Assembly: GCA_965226375.1 (NCBI GenBank)
Contig: CBDDCX010000008.1
Coordinates: 160,001-224,000, forward strand
Reading direction: 5' to 3'
DNA: 64,000 nt
Source of the DNA: Longimicrobiales bacterium
Lineage (GTDB): Bacteria; Gemmatimonadota; Gemmatimonadetes; Longimicrobiales; Gaopeijiaceae
Below, piece by piece: positions 1 through 11,600 of the stretch (position 1 is its first letter; each line of letters starts with the position of its first letter). The notes under the pieces were generated by a model, which worked only from the letters and a program-made list of their open reading frames with translations, was not told the DNA's origin and did no database searches. Position numbers and translations under genes: made by a program.

Positions 1-776
1 AGGACGATCACCATACCCACACCCGAGAAGAGGGCCAGGATCGGGTGGAAGAGACCCGCCACCCTCACCAGGGCCATGTTCCGGTCCATGTACTGGCGAT
101 TGAGCTCGTCGAAGTGCTCTGCCTGTGACCCTTCTTGGACATATGCCCGCACGATTCGCATGCCCGTCAGGTTCTCCTGGACCATCGTCGACAGCGTAGA
201 GAACTGCTCCTGGATCTGCTCGAAGTGGGCGTGGATGACCCGGCCGAAGGCGATGACCACGGGCGGGAGGACGATCATGGGGATCAATGCGAACGCCGTG
301 AGCCGTGGACTGATCCACAGCATGAAGCTCAGGGCGAGGAGGAAGATGACCGACGTATTCACCGAGTACATGATGGCCGGACCCGCTGCCATGCGTACCG
401 CCAGAGTGTCGTTCGTCGCCCGTGCCATGAGGTCGCCGGTACGAACCGATCCGTAGAATGTCGCGTCCAGCCGTAGTAGGTGTTTGAAGAAATCGTTCCG
501 GAGGTCGCACTCGATACGGCGGCTCACCCCATTCAGCAACTCACGCATCCCGTACTTGGCAGCCCCTGCCACCAGGGCCACGCCCACGATGAGCAACGCG
601 TAGGTGCCGATGCGAGCGGCTGTGACCGAGGGGTCGCCCAGGCCGTCGATGGCCAGCTTCACGAGGTACGGGGCGGCCACGGTGAAGAGGTTGGTGATCA
701 CGACCAGAACGAGCCCCAGCGCGAAGCCCCTTCGGTAGGGCCGGAAGTAAGGCAGGATCGTGCGGAGTTCCCTCAT
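1..776 (-). CDS. ABC exporter, fused permease/ATP-binding type (N-terminal transmembrane domain; runs off the window edge)
   Basis: Translated by hand (absent from the ORF track): ATG at 776, MRELRTILPYFRPYRRGFALG...LRNDFFKHLLRL...RTGDLMARATND...VQENLTGMRIVRAY, typical ABC_membrane domain of MsbA/MdlA-like exporters. Confidence 0.9.
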   Translation of the reverse strand, partial: MRELRTILPYFRPYRRGFALGLVLVVITNLFTVAAPYLVKLAIDGLGDPSVTAARIGTYALLIVGVALVAGAAKYGMRELLNGVSRRIECDLRNDFFKHLLRLDATFYGSVRTGDLMARATNDTLAVRMAAGPAIMYSVNTSVIFLLALSFMLWISPRLTAFALIPMIVLPPVVIAFGRVIHAHFEQIQEQFSTLSTMVQENLTGMRIVRAYVQEGSQAEHFDELNRQYMDRNMALVRVAGLFHPILALFSGVGMVIV

Positions 777-798
777 CGCCAAACGGGGCTCCCCCTTC

Positions 799-2577
799 TC
801 ACCACCCGACCGCCGTTCCGCCCCGCCGCGGGTCGGAGGCCGCCTGCAGCGTGCCGTCTGGCATGACGATGATGGCCTGCACGTCGCCCGAGACGCCGCC
901 GCGCTCGACCATCGTGTGCCCTCGGGCTTCCAGAGCCGCCACCACCCCGGGCTCCAGCCCTCCCTTCTCGTAGTAGATCTGATCCGGTAAGTGCTGATGG
1001 TGGACGCGAGAAGCGTTCACGGCCTGCACCACGTTCATCCCGTAATCCACCACGTTCACGATGGTCTGAAAGGTCGTAGTGATGATCGTGGCGCCGCCGG
1101 GGGTTCCCGTGACGAAGAAGAGTTCTCCGTCGGGACGGATAACGATCGTGGGGGTCATGGCCGACAGCATGCGCTTGCCCGGACCCACGGCGTTGTTCTC
1201 GCCCTGCACGAGCCCGAACTGGTTGGGTGTGCCCGGTTTGGCGGCGAAGTCGTCCATCTCGTTGTTGAGCACGAACCCCGCGCCTGCCACGGTAACCTTG
1301 CTGCCGAACCAGGAGTTGATGGTGGTCGTGACCGAGACGGCGTTCCCGTCGGCATCGACAATCGAGAAGTGGGTCGTGTGATCCCCTTCGTGCGGAGGCT
1401 CCAGGCCGGGACCGACATCCGAGGACGGAGTGGTGCGATCCGTGATGTCCGCGCCCCTTTCTCGGGCGTACGCCTTCGACGTCATGCGCTCCAGGGGCAT
1501 GTCTACAAAGTCGGGGTCGGCCAGGTACTCGTTGCGATCGGAGTAGGCTCGCCGCCACGCTTCCGCCAGGAGGTGGACCATGTCCGCCGAGTGCCAGTCT
1601 ACGGACCTGAGGTCATGACCTTCCAGGATGTTGGCCATCTCGGCCATGGTGGCTCCACCCGACGACGAGGGCGGCATGGACAACACCCCATACCCTCGGT
1701 ACGTGAACTCGACGGGGTCACGCCAGGCGGCCGTGTACGTTTCCAAGTCCTGGTGGGAAATGACGCCACCGCCACGCTCCATCTCGGCGACGATGAGGTC
1801 GGCGGTCTCGCCGCGGTAGAACCCGTCCGAGCCGTTGTCCCGAATCCGCCCCAGTGTCGAGGCGAGCGCCGGCTGCGAGAAGGTCTCCCCCACTTCGGCC
1901 ACGTGTCCGTCGGGCAAGAAGGTGGCGGCTGTCGTCGCAAACCGCGTAAGGCCGTCACTCGAGCTCAATAGATTGCCGCGGAACCGCTCGTGCACCACGA
2001 ACCCCTCGGCCAGCCCAACCGCCGGCTCCACCAGATCCGCCCACGGCAGAGAGCCGAAGCGCCGGTGTGCTTGCCAGAGCCCCATCACCGAGCCGGGCAC
2101 ACCGGCCGCCAGATGCCCGACCACCGACTTGTCGGTGAGGTTACCGTCCTCGTCGAGGAACATGTCACGCGTCGCGGCCAGGGGACCCTTCTCCCGGTAG
2201 TCCAGCGCGGCGGTGGTTCCATCCGCCATCCTCACCATCATGAACCCGCCACCGCCGATGTTGCCGGCTTCGGGGTTCACCACGGCCAGAGCCAGGGACA
2301 CCGCAATGGCTGCGTCGACGGCGTTGCCGCCGGCCCGCATGACCTCGACGCCTATTTCACTGGCGTACACGTCGGTACTGACCACCATGCCGTTCGCGGC
2401 CGAGACCGGTGGTGTGTCCGACGGATACCGCCAGGCATCGTTGAACGAAACGACAGCCGCGCTGCCGCCGTCCGGCGCGGCACCCTCGGGAGCGCACGTC
2501 CCCGTTCCAAGGATCAGTACGAAGGCGAACGCACCCGGCGCAGCCGAGCGAAGCCATGTCAGTCGCGTACCGAGCAT
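799..2577 (-). CDS. ggt: Gamma-glutamyltransferase (exported)
   Basis: GGNAVDAA, GNIGGGGF, LDYRE, HTTHFS (Thr nucleophile), LNNEMDDF, PGKRMLSAM, GTPGG and SDPRR motifs; N-terminal signal. Confidence 0.96.
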   Translation of the reverse strand: MLGTRLTWLRSAAPGAFAFVLILGTGTCAPEGAAPDGGSAAVVSFNDAWRYPSDTPPVSAANGMVVSTDVYASEIGVEVMRAGGNAVDAAIAVSLALAVVNPEAGNIGGGGFMMVRMADGTTAALDYREKGPLAATRDMFLDEDGNLTDKSVVGHLAAGVPGSVMGLWQAHRRFGSLPWADLVEPAVGLAEGFVVHERFRGNLLSSSDGLTRFATTAATFLPDGHVAEVGETFSQPALASTLGRIRDNGSDGFYRGETADLIVAEMERGGGVISHQDLETYTAAWRDPVEFTYRGYGVLSMPPSSSGGATMAEMANILEGHDLRSVDWHSADMVHLLAEAWRRAYSDRNEYLADPDFVDMPLERMTSKAYARERGADITDRTTPSSDVGPGLEPPHEGDHTTHFSIVDADGNAVSVTTTINSWFGSKVTVAGAGFVLNNEMDDFAAKPGTPNQFGLVQGENNAVGPGKRMLSAMTPTIVIRPDGELFFVTGTPGGATIITTTFQTIVNVVDYGMNVVQAVNASRVHHQHLPDQIYYEKGGLEPGVVAALEARGHTMVERGGVSGDVQAIIVMPDGTLQAASDPRRGGTAVGW

Positions 2578-2590
2578 TCAATCATCCTCT

Positions 2591-3789
2591 CTAGTCGGTG
2601 TTGTCAGTCCCGGCCATCTCGCCGAGGAGGCGGATGGCACCGGCGGCCAGTGCAGCGGCGCCGACGGGAATCGCCGACTCGTCGATGTCGAAGTCGGATC
2701 TATGGTGCATACGTGGCTCGGAAGGGGCTGCGCCCAGGAAGAAAAAGGTGCCCGGTGCCTCTTGCGCCAGAAAGGAGAAGTCTGCCCCGAAGGTCATCGG
2801 CTCGATGGGCAAGGTTGCGTCCTCGCCCACCAGGTCGACGGCCGCGGCCTGCACCCACTGCGTGACGCGGGCGTCGTTGACCACGGGCAGGTACCCGGGG
2901 CCGATGTTGACGGTCACTTCGGCGCCGAGGGACTCGAGCATTCGAAACGATCCCTCCAGATGTCGGCAGAGCCGCTCGCGCACGTCCGGGGTGAAGAACC
3001 GCATGGTCCCCTCGAGCGTGATCCGGTCTGCCAACACGTTTCCGGCGGTGCCTCCCTCGATGCGACCGAAGGTGAGGACCCCCGCCTCGGTGGGAGAGAG
3101 GCCGCGAGAGACGGCCTGTTGTGCGGCGACGATCCCCTGAGCCGCCAGCACGAGCGCGTCCACACCCAGGTCCGGCCGGGCGGCGTGGCCGCTCTGGCCC
3201 CGGACCTCCACACGGATCTCCTCGGTGCCCGCCATCAGAGGGCCCGGCCGAAAGAAGAGCTTGCCCGAAGGGAGCACCGACGTGATGTGGAGTCCCGTCA
3301 CGGCCGTGACTCCCTCCATCGCGCCCTCTTCCACCATGCGCATTGCGCCACTCTTGCCTTCGTCGTCGGTTCCCTCTTCGGAGGGCTGGAAGAGGAACCG
3401 AACGGTGCCGGCGGCAGCCGGCCCTCCTCTCGCTCGTGTGCCAGCAGCTTCGCCGCTCCGATCAGGCCTGCGACGTGGGCGTCGTGGCCACAGGCGTGCA
3501 TGACGCCAGGGGTTTCGGACACGAAGGCGTGAGTGTTGGTCTCATGAATCGGAAGAGCGTCCATGTCGGCTCGGAGAGCGATCGTGGGACCCTCTCCGTT
3601 CTCGAGGTCGGCGACTACACCCGTGATCCCTACCTGGGTGCGGACCCGGCACCCCAGAGCCTCCATGGCCGTGGACGCGATAGCGGCGGTGCGCACCTCT
3701 TCAAAGGAGAGCTCCGGGTGTCGGTGCAGATCTCTGCGGATCTCCACCAGGTCGGGAGCCATCGATCGTGCCTGCTCGAGAAGGTCCAA
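2591..3789 (-). pseudogene. M20 (Acy1/HipO-like) amidohydrolase split by a frameshift near 3410 (possible sequencing error)
   Basis: The 5' ORF has RRDLHRHPELSFEE, RADMDAL and MHACGHDAH. The other frame continues GTVRFLFQPSEEG...GHAARP...MHH. One added base joins them. Confidence 0.85.
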
Positions 3790-3971
3790 AGGGAGTCACC
3801 CGGTGTATGTGGTCTGCGCCCGCCGTTTCAAGACAGGGCGTCGGTTGCTGCCTGAAAAATACGAAGGTTAGGTTGTTCGCGTGTGCAAGATGCCGCAAGC
3901 GGGTCGACAGATACCGCTCGCGAGCCGAGCGGACACCCCGGTTCACGTTTACGGAGGAGCGGTCGGCATTC

Positions 3972-4922
3972 ATGCTCGATGACCGTCTTACAGAGCAGAG
4001 GAACCCGCGTTCCGCGCGCGTCGATACGCTCTCGTCATTGGAGATCGTAGATCTCATCAACGCCGAGGACCGGTTGGTGGCCGACGCCGTGGCGGAGGAA
4101 CGCGTGGCGATGGCACGCACCATAGACATGGTCGTGGAGGTGTTCAGGGCGGGCGGGCGCTTGATCTACGTGGGGGCCGGCACTTCGGGCCGTCTGGGTG
4201 TGTTGGACGCGGCCGAGATGCCTCCCACGTTCGGCACCGATCCGACCATGGTCCAGGGCATCATCGCCGGAGGTTTGGAGGCGCTGGTTCGCTCCAGGGA
4301 GGGGGCTGAGGACAGCCCCGTGCAGGGGGCCGAGGACATCGATGGGCGGAATGTGGGACCGCTCGACTTCGTCTTGGGGATCGCCACGTCGGGGACCACG
4401 CCCTACGTGCATGAAGCGCTCGCTCGGGCCCGGGAACTGGGTGCCCGCACGGGATTCCTCCTCTGCACCCATCCGTCGCCTGAGCTGGTCGATACCCACG
4501 ACGTCGTCATCGCCCCACTGGTGGGGCCGGAGGTGGTGACGGGATCCACGCGCATGAAGGCCGGAACCGCCACCAAGCTGGTTCTCAACATCATCACGAC
4601 AGGCGCCATGATTCGCATCGGCAAGGTCTTCGGGAACCTCATGGTGGATCTCCAGGCCACGTGCGAGAAGCTTCAGGACCGGGCAGAGCGAATCCTCATG
4701 AATGCGCTTTATGTGGAACGGTCCGAGGCGACTGGCCTTCTCGACGCGGCGGGCGGTCATGTGAAGACGGCCTTGGTCATGGGTGGCAGAGGGGTCGGCA
4801 AGGAAGAGGCAACCGGCATACTCCACGCGGCAGACGGTGTGCTCACGCGCGTCCTGGAAGACCTGCCCTTGAACCCCAGCGGGAATCCCAGCGCGGACCC
4901 CAGCGGGGACTCCACCGAGTGA
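3972..4922 (+). CDS. murQ: N-acetylmuramic acid 6-phosphate etherase
   Basis: TEQRNP, GAGTSGRLGVLDA, GAED and GPEVVTGSTRMKAGTA motifs; GGAGGAG RBS before ATG 3972; adjacent to anmK. Confidence 0.96.
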   Translation: MLDDRLTEQRNPRSARVDTLSSLEIVDLINAEDRLVADAVAEERVAMARTIDMVVEVFRAGGRLIYVGAGTSGRLGVLDAAEMPPTFGTDPTMVQGIIAGGLEALVRSREGAEDSPVQGAEDIDGRNVGPLDFVLGIATSGTTPYVHEALARARELGARTGFLLCTHPSPELVDTHDVVIAPLVGPEVVTGSTRMKAGTATKLVLNIITTGAMIRIGKVFGNLMVDLQATCEKLQDRAERILMNALYVERSEATGLLDAAGGHVKTALVMGGRGVGKEEATGILHAADGVLTRVLEDLPLNPSGNPSADPSGDSTE

Positions 4923-6085
4923 GTTCCGGGGAGCTCGTGGTGGGTCTCATGTCGGGGACCTCGCTGGACGGAATCGACGCCGCACTCGTACGCTTCGAGG
5001 GGAGCACGCTCGAGAATTTCGGGTGGAGGCTCGTCGCCTTCGCGAACACGCCATATGGCCCCGATCGACAGGCGCTCTTATTGAAGGGCATGGAAGATGG
5101 GACGCCGGATGGACTGTGCATCCTGAACGCCTCTCTCGGGGAGTGGATGGCTGCCGCCGTTCTGAACGTGTGCGAGGGTGCCGATGTGAACCCGACCGAT
5201 CTCACGGCCGTCGGGTGCCACGGACATACCATTTGGCACATTCCACCGGAGGGTGGCGAGCGCGGGTCGACCCTCCAACTCGGCGATCCCGCCACCGTCG
5301 CCGAGGTCACGGGTGTGCCGGTCGTAAGCGACTTCCGAAGCCGAGACGTGGCCGCCGGAGGACACGGAGCACCCATGGTCACCTGGCCGGACTGGTTGCT
5401 CTATTCGGCGCAAGATCGGCGCCGAGCGGTACACAATATGGGTGGCATCTCCAACGTGACCTGGCTTCCCCCTTCGGGGTCCGACGAGCCCCTCCTGGCC
5501 TTCGACACGGGGCCCGGGATGGGCTTGGTGGACGAGGCCACTCGGCGGGCCACCCAGGGTGATCTCCCCTATGACGTCGATGGCGAGCTGGCCCGGAAGG
5601 GTCGGGTGGACCAGGCCCTACTGGCTCGCCTTCTCGACGACGACTACTTCCGCGCCGGGCCGCCCAAGACGACCGGTCGGGAGCGGTACGGTCGGGACTA
5701 CGTGGATCGGCTCGCCGAGGGGCTCCGCCCCGGCTCGGACGAGCCGGCGTGGCGCGACCTTATCGCGACGCTCACCGCCCTGACGGCTCGCACCTTGGGT
5801 GAGGCCTACCGCACGTGGGTACTCCCGAAAGGGCTCGACGAAGTGTTCTTGATGGGCGGCGGATCTCGCAACCCCGTGCTGGTCGAGGCGATCCGGGCGG
5901 AGTTGGCTCCTCTTCCGGTGATGGACGGTGGCGAGTTGGGGGTCGACCCGGACGCCCGCGAGGCGCTCGCCTTTGCGGTTCTCACCTGGGCGCACCTGCA
6001 CGGCGTCGCGTGCAACGCGCCCGACGCGACGGGGGCACGGGGCCCCCGGGTGCTGGGCTCCCTCACGCCCGGAGCGAGCTCGTGA
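4919..6085 (+). CDS. anmK: Anhydro-N-acetylmuramic acid kinase
   Basis: GLMSGTSLDGIDAA, HGHT, DFRSRDVAAGGHGAP, DTGPG, KTTGRE and REALAFA motifs; GTG overlaps the murQ stop. Confidence 0.95.
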   Translation: MSSGELVVGLMSGTSLDGIDAALVRFEGSTLENFGWRLVAFANTPYGPDRQALLLKGMEDGTPDGLCILNASLGEWMAAAVLNVCEGADVNPTDLTAVGCHGHTIWHIPPEGGERGSTLQLGDPATVAEVTGVPVVSDFRSRDVAAGGHGAPMVTWPDWLLYSAQDRRRAVHNMGGISNVTWLPPSGSDEPLLAFDTGPGMGLVDEATRRATQGDLPYDVDGELARKGRVDQALLARLLDDDYFRAGPPKTTGRERYGRDYVDRLAEGLRPGSDEPAWRDLIATLTALTARTLGEAYRTWVLPKGLDEVFLMGGGSRNPVLVEAIRAELAPLPVMDGGELGVDPDAREALAFAVLTWAHLHGVACNAPDATGARGPRVLGSLTPGASS

Positions 6086-6105
6086 GCTCGCGCTCCGGCG
6101 GGACC

Positions 6106-7920
6106 ATGAGGCACACGAAGAACGTGAAGGAGCGGCGTCCCGTTCCTGCCTGGACGATCCTGGCGGCGGTGGCGATAGCGCACTTGGCCATCGCACTTCC
6201 GGCGCTCAACCCTGCCCCCCACAACGGGGGAGACAACGCCGGGTACATTTCGCTGGCGCACTCACTCGCTACGGGCGAGAGCTATGTGGAAGCGTGGGAC
6301 CCCGCCGAGCTGCCCCACACGAAGTATCCTCCGTTTTATCCGGCGCTCCTGGCCGGCGCCATGCTGCTGGGCGCCGAAGCCTGGCTGACCTTCAAGCTCC
6401 TCTCCGTCCTACTGATAACCACGGCGGTGGTCTTGTCGTTCGGTTGGGTCAGGGACCGACATGGCTCGGGATTGGCTACGGGGGTGGCCGCGATCCTCGC
6501 CCTGTCTCCCGCGCTCTTGTGGTCCAGCAACTGGATTCTGTCCGACCCCCTCTTCCTGGCGCTGACCCTGGGGTGTCTCTGGGCCTTCCATCGGTCGGAT
6601 GACGTCGAGAGCGCGTCTAGGACGGGACATCAACCGCCGAACGCAGATCCCGCGGGCGAGGGTGAAGGCGCCGGTGACCGCGTTGGTGACCGCCCTGGTG
6701 ACCGCGTTGGTGGCCGCGCCGGTGGCCGCGTTGGTGTCTGGATCGCCGCCGGGTGCCTCATGGCCATCCTCGCGACCTTCACGCGCACGGCAGGCCTTCC
6801 GCTCATACTCGCTGTGGCGGGCACCTTGGTGCTCGCGCGCCGCTGGAAGGCCGTTGCGGGGTTCGGGGCTGCCTTCGCGATTCCCAGCCTGGCGTGGTGG
6901 CTACGCTCTCGCAGCTCGGGGCAGGCTCAGTACATCTCCGAGTTCTGGCTCATAGATCCGTACCGGCCCGACCTAGGGACCGCCGGTGTCGCCGACCTGC
7001 TCCACCGCGTTTTGGACAACCTCGAGGGTTACGTGTTCACACACATTCCGGGTGGGCTGACGACCTGGTCCGGGGCGCCCTTGACCTGGCTCGGCGTGTT
7101 TCTGATCGGCACAGGGGTGGTGGGGTGGACTATGCGTGTTCGAGACCGCCCCACCGTAGCCGAGTTGTTCTTTCCCCTCTACTTCGGCCTGATTCTGCTG
7201 TGGCCGGCGGTGTGGTCGGGGGATCGGTTCGCCCTGCCGCTCTATCCGCTCCTGCTTTTCTACTCGGGCGAGGCGCTCCTCGCGGGTGCGGCTCGTGTGC
7301 ACCCCAGAGTGCCGCTCGTGGGCGGACTGATCGTCGCCTCGCTGCTGCTGGTCCCTTCCGCCCGGGGCTGGAACGATGCCACCCGGCGTGCGGCGGCGTG
7401 CCGCGAGGCGGTGCGGACCGCGGGCCCATTCGCATGCTACAGTGAGGGCTTTCAGCAGTTCGTGGCCGCTGCCCGATGGCTGGGCGAGAACGCTCCTGAG
7501 GGAGCGGGCGTCTTCAGCCGTAAGCCGCGGATCTTCTATACACTCTCGGGCGTCAGGAGTCGGACCTATCCCTTGAGCCCGGATCCGGACCGATTCTTCG
7601 ACGAGGCCAGAGCCGCCGGAGTCTCGTACGTGGTGCTCGACCGGGTGGATCGATTGGCGAACGCTTATGTGACCCCGGTGCTGATGGCTCGGCCGAAGGC
7701 TTTTTGTGGCCTGGTGGGAGTGGGTAGGGGAGAGGCGACCACACAGATCTTCGGGATCATCGAAGAAGAGGGCGCCGCCGCCGAAGCCGATGGGGCGGAG
7801 GAGGAAGGGCGAGACGTAAGCATCGGCCCATGCCCCGACGCAATGCGAAGGGCGGAGCCGAGGGACCTGCCTTCTTATACGACTTCGCGTTTGCCCCTTC
7901 TCGCTCTGCCTTCGCCGTAG
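6106..7920 (+). CDS. GT-C fold (ArnT/GT39-like) membrane glycosyltransferase
   Basis: Multiple TM helices; GDNAGYISLAHSLA...KYPPFYP loop, LSDPLF and DRFALP motifs. Alternative GTG start at 6082. Confidence 0.7.
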   Translation: MRHTKNVKERRPVPAWTILAAVAIAHLAIALPALNPAPHNGGDNAGYISLAHSLATGESYVEAWDPAELPHTKYPPFYPALLAGAMLLGAEAWLTFKLLSVLLITTAVVLSFGWVRDRHGSGLATGVAAILALSPALLWSSNWILSDPLFLALTLGCLWAFHRSDDVESASRTGHQPPNADPAGEGEGAGDRVGDRPGDRVGGRAGGRVGVWIAAGCLMAILATFTRTAGLPLILAVAGTLVLARRWKAVAGFGAAFAIPSLAWWLRSRSSGQAQYISEFWLIDPYRPDLGTAGVADLLHRVLDNLEGYVFTHIPGGLTTWSGAPLTWLGVFLIGTGVVGWTMRVRDRPTVAELFFPLYFGLILLWPAVWSGDRFALPLYPLLLFYSGEALLAGAARVHPRVPLVGGLIVASLLLVPSARGWNDATRRAAACREAVRTAGPFACYSEGFQQFVAAARWLGENAPEGAGVFSRKPRIFYTLSGVRSRTYPLSPDPDRFFDEARAAGVSYVVLDRVDRLANAYVTPVLMARPKAFCGLVGVGRGEATTQIFGIIEEEGAAAEADGAEEEGRDVSIGPCPDAMRRAEPRDLPSYTTSRLPLLALPSP

Positions 7921-8507
7921 AGGAGTCCGAGCGCTGCGCCGAATGCCACGTGATGGGTCAGGGATCCGGACGGGGTCTCCTCGCCGGCGAAGAGCAAGGA
8001 GAGGACCGGCATCGTGCGATGAGGGCTTGCAGCACCCAGGATGCCATCGAGGCCGCCCATGGGCGACGCTACGTATTCCATGACGCCGAAGGTGGCACCG
8101 CGGAAGACGGGGGAGCCAGGCAGCCGGGCCTCCAACATGGAGCCATACAGGATCCCACGTCCAGCGCCGATCAGCAGCTCGAGCGCAGGATCCGGTGCGG
8201 TGCCGTTCTCGGCGGACGAGCCGTTCGGATTCCGCAGCACGCTCAACACGAAGGCCGCGCCGGCACCGGCCAGTGCGGCTCGGGCGATGCGCAGAGTACC
8301 GGGTCCGTCTCCGGCCAGGGCGGAGATCAGCTTGTGAGCCACGGCTCCGCCACCGGCGGCGAGGAGTTGGTCGACGGCGGAAGGCTGGGCCGTCTCGTCG
8401 GCCTTGCCCGGTTTCTTACTTACCTTCTTTGGGGCCGGAGCGTGCTGGCGCGCCGTTTCGAGCGCATAGCCCAGTTGGTACCAGATGTTTTTGGACGATT
8501 CGCTCAT
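7875..8507 (-). CDS. Hypothetical membrane-associated protein
   Basis: 210-aa ORF with an ATG start and hydrophobic segments, ending HHVAFGAALGLLY; no family recognised. Confidence 0.6.
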   Translation of the reverse strand: MSESSKNIWYQLGYALETARQHAPAPKKVSKKPGKADETAQPSAVDQLLAAGGGAVAHKLISALAGDGPGTLRIARAALAGAGAAFVLSVLRNPNGSSAENGTAPDPALELLIGAGRGILYGSMLEARLPGSPVFRGATFGVMEYVASPMGGLDGILGAASPHRTMPVLSLLFAGEETPSGSLTHHVAFGAALGLLYGEGRARRGKREVV

Positions 8508-8627
8508 GCCCCGCGTGGCTCACTGTGATCGAGAGGGGAGGCCGTGGTAACCTGTTTTACATCGGCAGCGCAACTCTGATCGAAGGGTGATGACGACGAC
8601 ACCGTTTGACAAGGTCACCGGGCCGGA

Positions 8628-11600
8628 ATGATTCGTCCCCAAGCATCGATCACACTCTGGTCGGTCGTCGTCGGCGGTGTGTTATGGACGACCACCGTGG
8701 CTGCGCAGGTGCCGCCCGACGCGAGCTGGCGAAGCCTTGAGACGACTCACTTTCGCGTCACGTTCCCGGCTGAACTGGAGGCTGTTGCCAGAAGGGCGGG
8801 AGAGCGTGCCGAGCGCGCGTACGGCTATCTGAGTGAGAGGCTGCTCACCCCGCCCAGTGGCCGGATCGAGCTCTTGTTGACTGACCATGCCGACCAGAGT
8901 AACGGGTTCGCCAACGCCCTCCCCTTCAATCGCATCACGGTCTTCGTCAGGCCTCCCATGGACGGATTCGGCGCCACCCACTTCGACGACTGGCTGGAGA
9001 CGGTCGTCACCCACGAGCTGGTACACATATTTCACCTCGACCATACGGGACCCCTCGGGTCACTCGTGAGGGCAGTGCTGGGACGTTCATCGGCGGACTG
9101 GCCGGCCTTTCCGGGCTATGACGTGCCGGCATGGATCGGCGAGGGCATGGCCACCTACTACGAGTCGGCACTGACCGAGTCCGGGAGGGTGAACGGAAGC
9201 TTCAACGACATGGTGCTCCGAACGGCGATGCTCGAGGGCAGATTCGAAGGTCCGGATCAAGTCTCCGGCCTCTCGCCCAACTGGCCGGCCGGCGCCCGCG
9301 TGTACGCCTACGGTGCGTCGTTCTTCGACCATATGCTCGATGCGTACGGAGAGGAGCGCATGGGAGAGTTCGTCGATGCCATCGCTCGCCAGATCATCCC
9401 CTGGCGCGTCGACTCCGGGGCGAAGGATGCTTTTGGCATAGGATTTCGTGAAGCGTGGTCTTCATGGGAAGACGGGCTCGAGGTCGGCTACCGCGCCCAG
9501 GCCGATTCGCTGGCCGCCCTGGCTCCCCTCACTCAGGGGGAGTCCATCGCCGGGGACGGGCGCAGGGTGCTCTTCCCTGCCGTCTCTCCCGACGGCCTGC
9601 GCCTCGGTTACCTGCGCTCCGACGGCCGAAGCGACATCCAGCTGCGCGTAGCGAACCCGGACGGTTCCGACCCCCGGAAGCTGACCCGAGTGAACAGTGT
9701 TGCGGACTGGACCTGGCTCCCCGACGGCGACCTGCTTGTGGCCGAGCAGGAATTCACGGACCCCTACCGTGTTCGATCCGACCTGGTGCGTGTCGACCGG
9801 AGCGGGGGGGAACGTTGGATTACGCGTGGTGCTCGACTTGCCCAGCCCACCGTCTCGCCGGACGGTCGGTACGCCGTGGCGGTACAGGACGGGGAAGGGA
9901 CCAACCGACTCGTTCGGGTGGACCTCTCGACCGGGGCGGTCGAGCCGGTCACGGACTTCGTGGCCACGGAGCACTGGGCCTCTCCGAGCTGGTCGCCGGA
10001 TGGCCGATGGATCGCCGCCTCGCGATGGAGGCCCGGTGCCTTTTACGACCTGTTCGTGCTGGATCCGGAAGGCGAGATCGTCCATCAGGTCACGGCCGAC
10101 CGGGCCATCGATCAGGACGCCACCTGGACACCGGACGGTCGCCGCCTTCTGTGGGCGTCGGACCGAAGCGGAATCCCGAACTTGTACGCCGTGGCCTTCG
10201 ATCCGGTTTCGGGTGAGCCCGGGTCCCTCAGCCAAATCACCAACATGATCGGGGGAGCCGCCTACCCTTCGGTGGATCCCGCGGGCGAGTGGATCTACTT
10301 CTCCAGTTATCACTCCTACGGCTGGGACGTGGAGCGGATCCGTTTCGATCCGGACTCCTGGTTCGATCCACTCCCGGTAAAGGCGAGTTTCGCCCGTGGG
10401 GGGGAGTCGGCCCCGGAGCTCTTTGCCCGACAGGTGTCGGGCGATTCGCGCCCGTACAGTGCGCTCCAGACCATCTTGCCCCGCTCCTGGGAGCCGATTT
10501 ATGAATCGGGCGTCACTCGGCAGAACGCCGAAGTGGTGCGAGCGGGATTCGGTGCTCGCATCGAGGGGCAGGATCTTGTCGGGCGGCATACATACGCCGT
10601 CGAGAGCGTGTTCCGGCAGAGCGGCCGCACCGATGTCGATCTCTCCTACGCCTATTCAGGTAGGGGCAATCCCTTCTTGGGGCTCTCCTGGCGGCAGGGT
10701 CACGACGTCACGGGTCCTTTCGACTTCGAGGCGGCGCCGGGCGACACGACTCCGGTGTTCGTCGCGGAACGGGAACGTGCGTTCCGAGGCTCGGTGACCC
10801 TGGTTCGGCAACGGATGCGGACCAGTACGTCCCTGTCGTTTTCCGGCGCGCACATCTGGGAGCGGCTGGAGCTTCTGGATGAGAATCTGGATGACAGCCC
10901 GTTCACGCTCTCCCGGCCCGAGCGCAGGTTGGGTGAGGCGGCGATCACTGTCGCCTTCAGCAATGCACGGTCCTTCGCCTTCTCCACGACCGCCGAGGTC
11001 GGAGTCGGTGGATTCCTGCGCCTGCGCGCCCGCCGTGAGCTCTCGCTTCCGAGTTCGCTGCGTGGGGTTCCCGGCAGTGATCGGAGCTTCCGCGAGGTGT
11101 CGGGAGTGGTGCGGGGATATCACGCGTTTTCGGGTCCGGGCTTTTCGCGCCACGTCGTCGCCTGGCGTGCCTCGGGCGGGGGGGCCTACGGACCGGGCGC
11201 GAACCGATTCCACTTCGACGTTGGTGGGGCCCATGGGCAACTCGAGGATCTCACCGGGCTCGAGCTGTTCGGCGGCACCCCGCTGCTCTTACCGGTGAGG
11301 GGATACTTCACGGGTCAGCGCTCGGGTCGTTATGCCTGGACGGCGTCCGTCGAATATCGCTTCCCGATCCTCAACGTCCATAGGGGTTGGGGATTTTTCC
11401 CGCTGCATGTGGACCGTGTGAGCGGCGCGCTGTTCGTGGACGGTGGGAACGCCTGGGGCGACTCCGATCCAGCGATCGACGACCTAAACCCACGGAGGCC
11501 TGCGCTCGGATCCGTGGGGGCCGAGCTTCAGATCTCGGTCCTGGCCCTCTTCAACACGAGATTGTTCTTCAGGTTGGGCGCTGCGATGACTCTGACCGAC

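Noticed and set aside
6673..6735. 12-bp tandem repeats (GDRV/GDRP/GGRA); similar NPSG repeats at about 4872-4910
   Set aside because: In-frame low-complexity linker expansions with no spacers, so not CRISPR-like.
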